From a virus (Duplodnaviria; Caudoviricetes): a stretch of DNA of 28,926 nt. Under the pieces are notes generated by a model, which worked only from the letters and a program-made list of their open reading frames with translations, was not told the DNA's origin and searched no databases. The stretch lies in IMG/VR virus record IMGVR_UViG_3300030099_004644, positions 1-28,926 of that record; one strand, 5' to 3'. Positions 26,295 through 28,926 of the stretch are shown one piece after another. Made by a program: the position numbers and the translations under genes. Position 1 is the stretch's first letter, and each line of letters begins with the position of its first letter.

Positions 26295-26964
26295 TGTAAT
26301 GAAAAATTACACCGACGATTATTTTGATATTGGAATCGTCGATCCTCCTTACGGGATAGGGGACTGGACTAAAAAATATCCGAATCATGGTCCAAAAAAT
26401 AAAAATGCAAAGTCACAACAAAAAACACCGACAACTCGAAAAGAACATGTCGATTGGAATGGCACAAAACCAGATAAAAAATATTTTGATGAACTTTTGA
26501 GAATATCAAAGCATCAAGTGATTTTCGGAGCAAACTATTTTAATCAATTTGTTGGCAAATCTGGAGCTTTGATCTGGTTGAAAGGCGTTCCGCTTTCTTC
26601 TAATTTATCAACTTGTGAGATCGCAAGTTATAGCCGATTTACGAAAGTGATCCATATCAATAGCAAATGGCAAAACGTAAATAGAAGATGCGAAACAATT
26701 CATCCATGTCAAAAGCCGATCGATCTATATGAACAGATTCTTGATATAGAAATCAAATCAATGAAGGGTAAAAAGTTAAAGGTGTTTGATTCACATTTTG
26801 GATCTGGATCGTTGGCTATTGCTTGCATGATAAAAGGCTGTGATTTTGTTGGTTGTGAAATATCAGAAGTCTATTTTCAAAGAGCATTAAAGAGAATACA
26901 AAACCATAAATTACAATCAAAGCTATTTGAGACAAATCATGAATTTGAAATATGTACAGCTTGA
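26263..26964 (+). CDS. N6-A/N4-C DNA methyltransferase (beta class)
   Basis: DPPY, HPCQKP and FDSHFGSGS motifs; start at ATG 26263 after GGGCTGAC. Confidence 0.92.
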   Translation: MIKLLNKNCIDVMKNYTDDYFDIGIVDPPYGIGDWTKKYPNHGPKNKNAKSQQKTPTTRKEHVDWNGTKPDKKYFDELLRISKHQVIFGANYFNQFVGKSGALIWLKGVPLSSNLSTCEIASYSRFTKVIHINSKWQNVNRRCETIHPCQKPIDLYEQILDIEIKSMKGKKLKVFDSHFGSGSLAIACMIKGCDFVGCEISEVYFQRALKRIQNHKLQSKLFETNHEFEICTA

Positions 26965-28633
26965 AGACCTTACTCCTTGGAGTGGTAATCCTCGACAAAA
27001 TGATCACGTTGTTGATCGTGTCGTTTCATCAATAAAGAAGTTCGGTTTTGCGGCTCCTATTGTCGCCAACAAAGATGGAACAATCATCGCCGGACATACA
27101 AGATACAAAGCCGCTCTACATATGAAGCTGGAAAAAGTACCGGTCCACTTTTTGGATCTCTCTGCAGAAGAAGCGGAAAAGCTTGCACTTGCTGACAATA
27201 AATTAAACGAGTTAGCAGACTGGAACGATCGCGAGCTTTACGAAATCTTGAAAGACATCGAGACAGAAGAAGCCTATGATCTCGGATGGAATCAAAAAGA
27301 ACTCATTGAACTCTTCGATCAGTTTACACCGATCATCGATGGTCCAGAAGAAGAAGAGTCTTCAGCTGGCGAGAATGAGATAACAGAACATGATAATATT
27401 CCGGATGATGTCGAGCCAACAACGAAAGCCGGTAATATTGTCGATCTTGGAAATCATCTTCTATGCTGTGCTGATAATCTGGAAATCATGCGACGACTTC
27501 CTGATAACTCGATTGATTGTATTGTCACCGATCCACCGTATGGAATCGACTTCATGCAAAAGTCATGGGATGCAGATGTCCCGCAAAATGAATGGGCGCG
27601 AGAATGTCTTCGTGTGTTAAAGTCCGGCGGTCACTTAATCAGCTTTGCGGCTACTCGAACATTTCATAAACTTGTAACGAACTTGGAGAATGCAGGCTTT
27701 GAGGTAAGAGACACAATTAATTGGCTATACTTCTCAGGATTTCCAAAAAGTCTCGATGTATCAAAAGCGATAGATAAACACTTTGGGGTTAAGCGTGAAG
27801 TGATTGCAGAATATAAAGGTGCGGTAAAAGGTAAATCTGGAAAATATAATTGGAATCAAGAAGATACAGGTCAATCAATAGCAAGTATAACCAAACCAGC
27901 AACAAAAGAAGCACAAGAAGCGGAAGGAATCGGAACAGCATTAAAGCCGGCTTTTGAACCTGCTACACTTTGCCGAAAACCATTGAGTGAAAAATCGGTC
28001 GCGCTGAACTGGTTGAAATATAAAACCGGCGGGATCAATATTGATGATTGTCGCTTTGCTTATGGTGATCCTTGCTGGGTCGGTCCGAATGATTTAGTTG
28101 AAAATATGGTTGGTCAGAAAAGAGGAACCATAGGACATAAACTTTCAGAACAAAATAGAATTGTCAATACTCCACCTTCCGATCTCGGAAGATGGCCCGC
28201 TAACATATATCAATGTCCGAAAGCATCAAGATCAGAAAGAGAAAAAGGTCTTGATGATATGAAAACAATATCAGGACATGAAGCCGTAAATCGCAAAGAA
28301 GGATCGGCCGGTCTGAACAATCCGCGGGCCGGCGCTGGAAGAACAGCTTCCGAAGTTGCGAACATTCATCCGACCGTGAAACCTGTTAAGTTGATGCGGT
28401 GGCTTGTTCGTTTGGTGACTCCAAAGAATGGGATCGTGTTAGAACCTTTTTGTGGAAGTGGAACGACGATGATCGCGGCCGAGCTTGAAGACCGCTTTTG
28501 TCTCGGCATAGAACGGAAGCCTAAATATTGTGATATCATAAAAGCGCGCGCCGAACATGCGATCCAGTCTTCAAGCAATGAAAGACACAATCAAGAGTTT
28601 GAAGAACTGAAAAAAATCTTTTCCAAAAAATAA
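26939..28633 (+). CDS. ParB/Srx-like domain fused to an N6-A/N4-C DNA methyltransferase
   Basis: NPRQND...SIKKFGF..PI...IIAGHTR...LADNK; then TDPPY, HPTVKP and EPFCGSGTT. Confidence 0.92.
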   Translation: MNLKYVQLEDLTPWSGNPRQNDHVVDRVVSSIKKFGFAAPIVANKDGTIIAGHTRYKAALHMKLEKVPVHFLDLSAEEAEKLALADNKLNELADWNDRELYEILKDIETEEAYDLGWNQKELIELFDQFTPIIDGPEEEESSAGENEITEHDNIPDDVEPTTKAGNIVDLGNHLLCCADNLEIMRRLPDNSIDCIVTDPPYGIDFMQKSWDADVPQNEWARECLRVLKSGGHLISFAATRTFHKLVTNLENAGFEVRDTINWLYFSGFPKSLDVSKAIDKHFGVKREVIAEYKGAVKGKSGKYNWNQEDTGQSIASITKPATKEAQEAEGIGTALKPAFEPATLCRKPLSEKSVALNWLKYKTGGINIDDCRFAYGDPCWVGPNDLVENMVGQKRGTIGHKLSEQNRIVNTPPSDLGRWPANIYQCPKASRSEREKGLDDMKTISGHEAVNRKEGSAGLNNPRAGAGRTASEVANIHPTVKPVKLMRWLVRLVTPKNGIVLEPFCGSGTTMIAAELEDRFCLGIERKPKYCDIIKARAEHAIQSSSNERHNQEFEELKKIFSKK

Positions 28634-28635
28634 AA

Positions 28636-28926
28636 ATGAAAAAAAAAATATCTTCTTCTCACATCGTTAATAAATATCCGCATCTTATCAGAAAGTGGGC
28701 CATCGATGAGAATCTATCAATGCAGGAATGTAGCGACAAGATAGTCAAACACACCGGCCAAGATTGCACGCACTATATCATGCGGACCGTATTCGATAAG
28801 CTCATGATCTCCAAAGACCGAAGAGAGAAGCGAGAAGAGATCAAGCGCGCCAAGGATATGATCATCGAAGAAGAAGAACCACTCGAAGAAGAAGAATATC
28901 AAATACCTATCGAAGATCTGATTCAG
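28636..28926 (+). CDS. Metallophosphoesterase, 5' part (continues at the window start)
   Basis: ATG 28636 opens MKKKISSSHIVNKYPHLIRKW..., in frame with the repeat and with the ORF at 43. Confidence 0.8.
   Translation, partial: MKKKISSSHIVNKYPHLIRKWAIDENLSMQECSDKIVKHTGQDCTHYIMRTVFDKLMISKDRREKREEIKRAKDMIIEEEEPLEEEEYQIPIEDLIQ
28816..28926. repeat. Terminal direct repeat, right copy
   Basis: 105/111 identical to 1-111. Confidence 0.95.

Noticed and set aside
26263-28633. Restriction-modification system
   Set aside because: No cognate restriction endonuclease is adjacent; orphan and ParB-fused methyltransferases near terminase genes are common in phages.
1-28926. tRNA or rRNA genes
   Set aside because: No cloverleaf or T-loop-containing structure seen in the intergenic regions.

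Overview
The window looks like an essentially complete, circularly assembled genome (about 28,815 bp plus an imperfect 111-bp end overlap) of a small HK97-type siphovirus, with all credible genes on the + strand. Gene order: metallophosphoesterase (spans the origin), TerS, TerL, holin-like protein, portal, MuF, prohead protease, major capsid, neck and tail genes, tape measure, tail tip, amidase endolysin; then an array of small early genes (19.2-21.4 kb), a displaced tail-fibre operon, a putative replication gene, RHH regulators and two DNA methyltransferases. I recognised no integrase, polymerase, helicase or CI-type repressor. The most striking feature is an RNA-level control layer. Six genes share a translation leader (AACACTCAA..AGGA(A/T)AATCAA-ATG). 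One leader carries a complete type III hammerhead ribozyme and two carry a 65-bp repeated structured element. A ~60-nt RNA with its own sigma70 promoter and terminator (21456-21518) is antisense to that shared leader. A second leader motif (GGGCTGAC) is mirrored in a terminator loop. There are also two recoding candidates (a prfB-like +1 frameshift in the tail chaperone and an A10 portal-MuF fusion) and two ~110-bp nested-palindrome elements in inverted orientation. All calls were made by eye from motifs and synteny; no database search was run.
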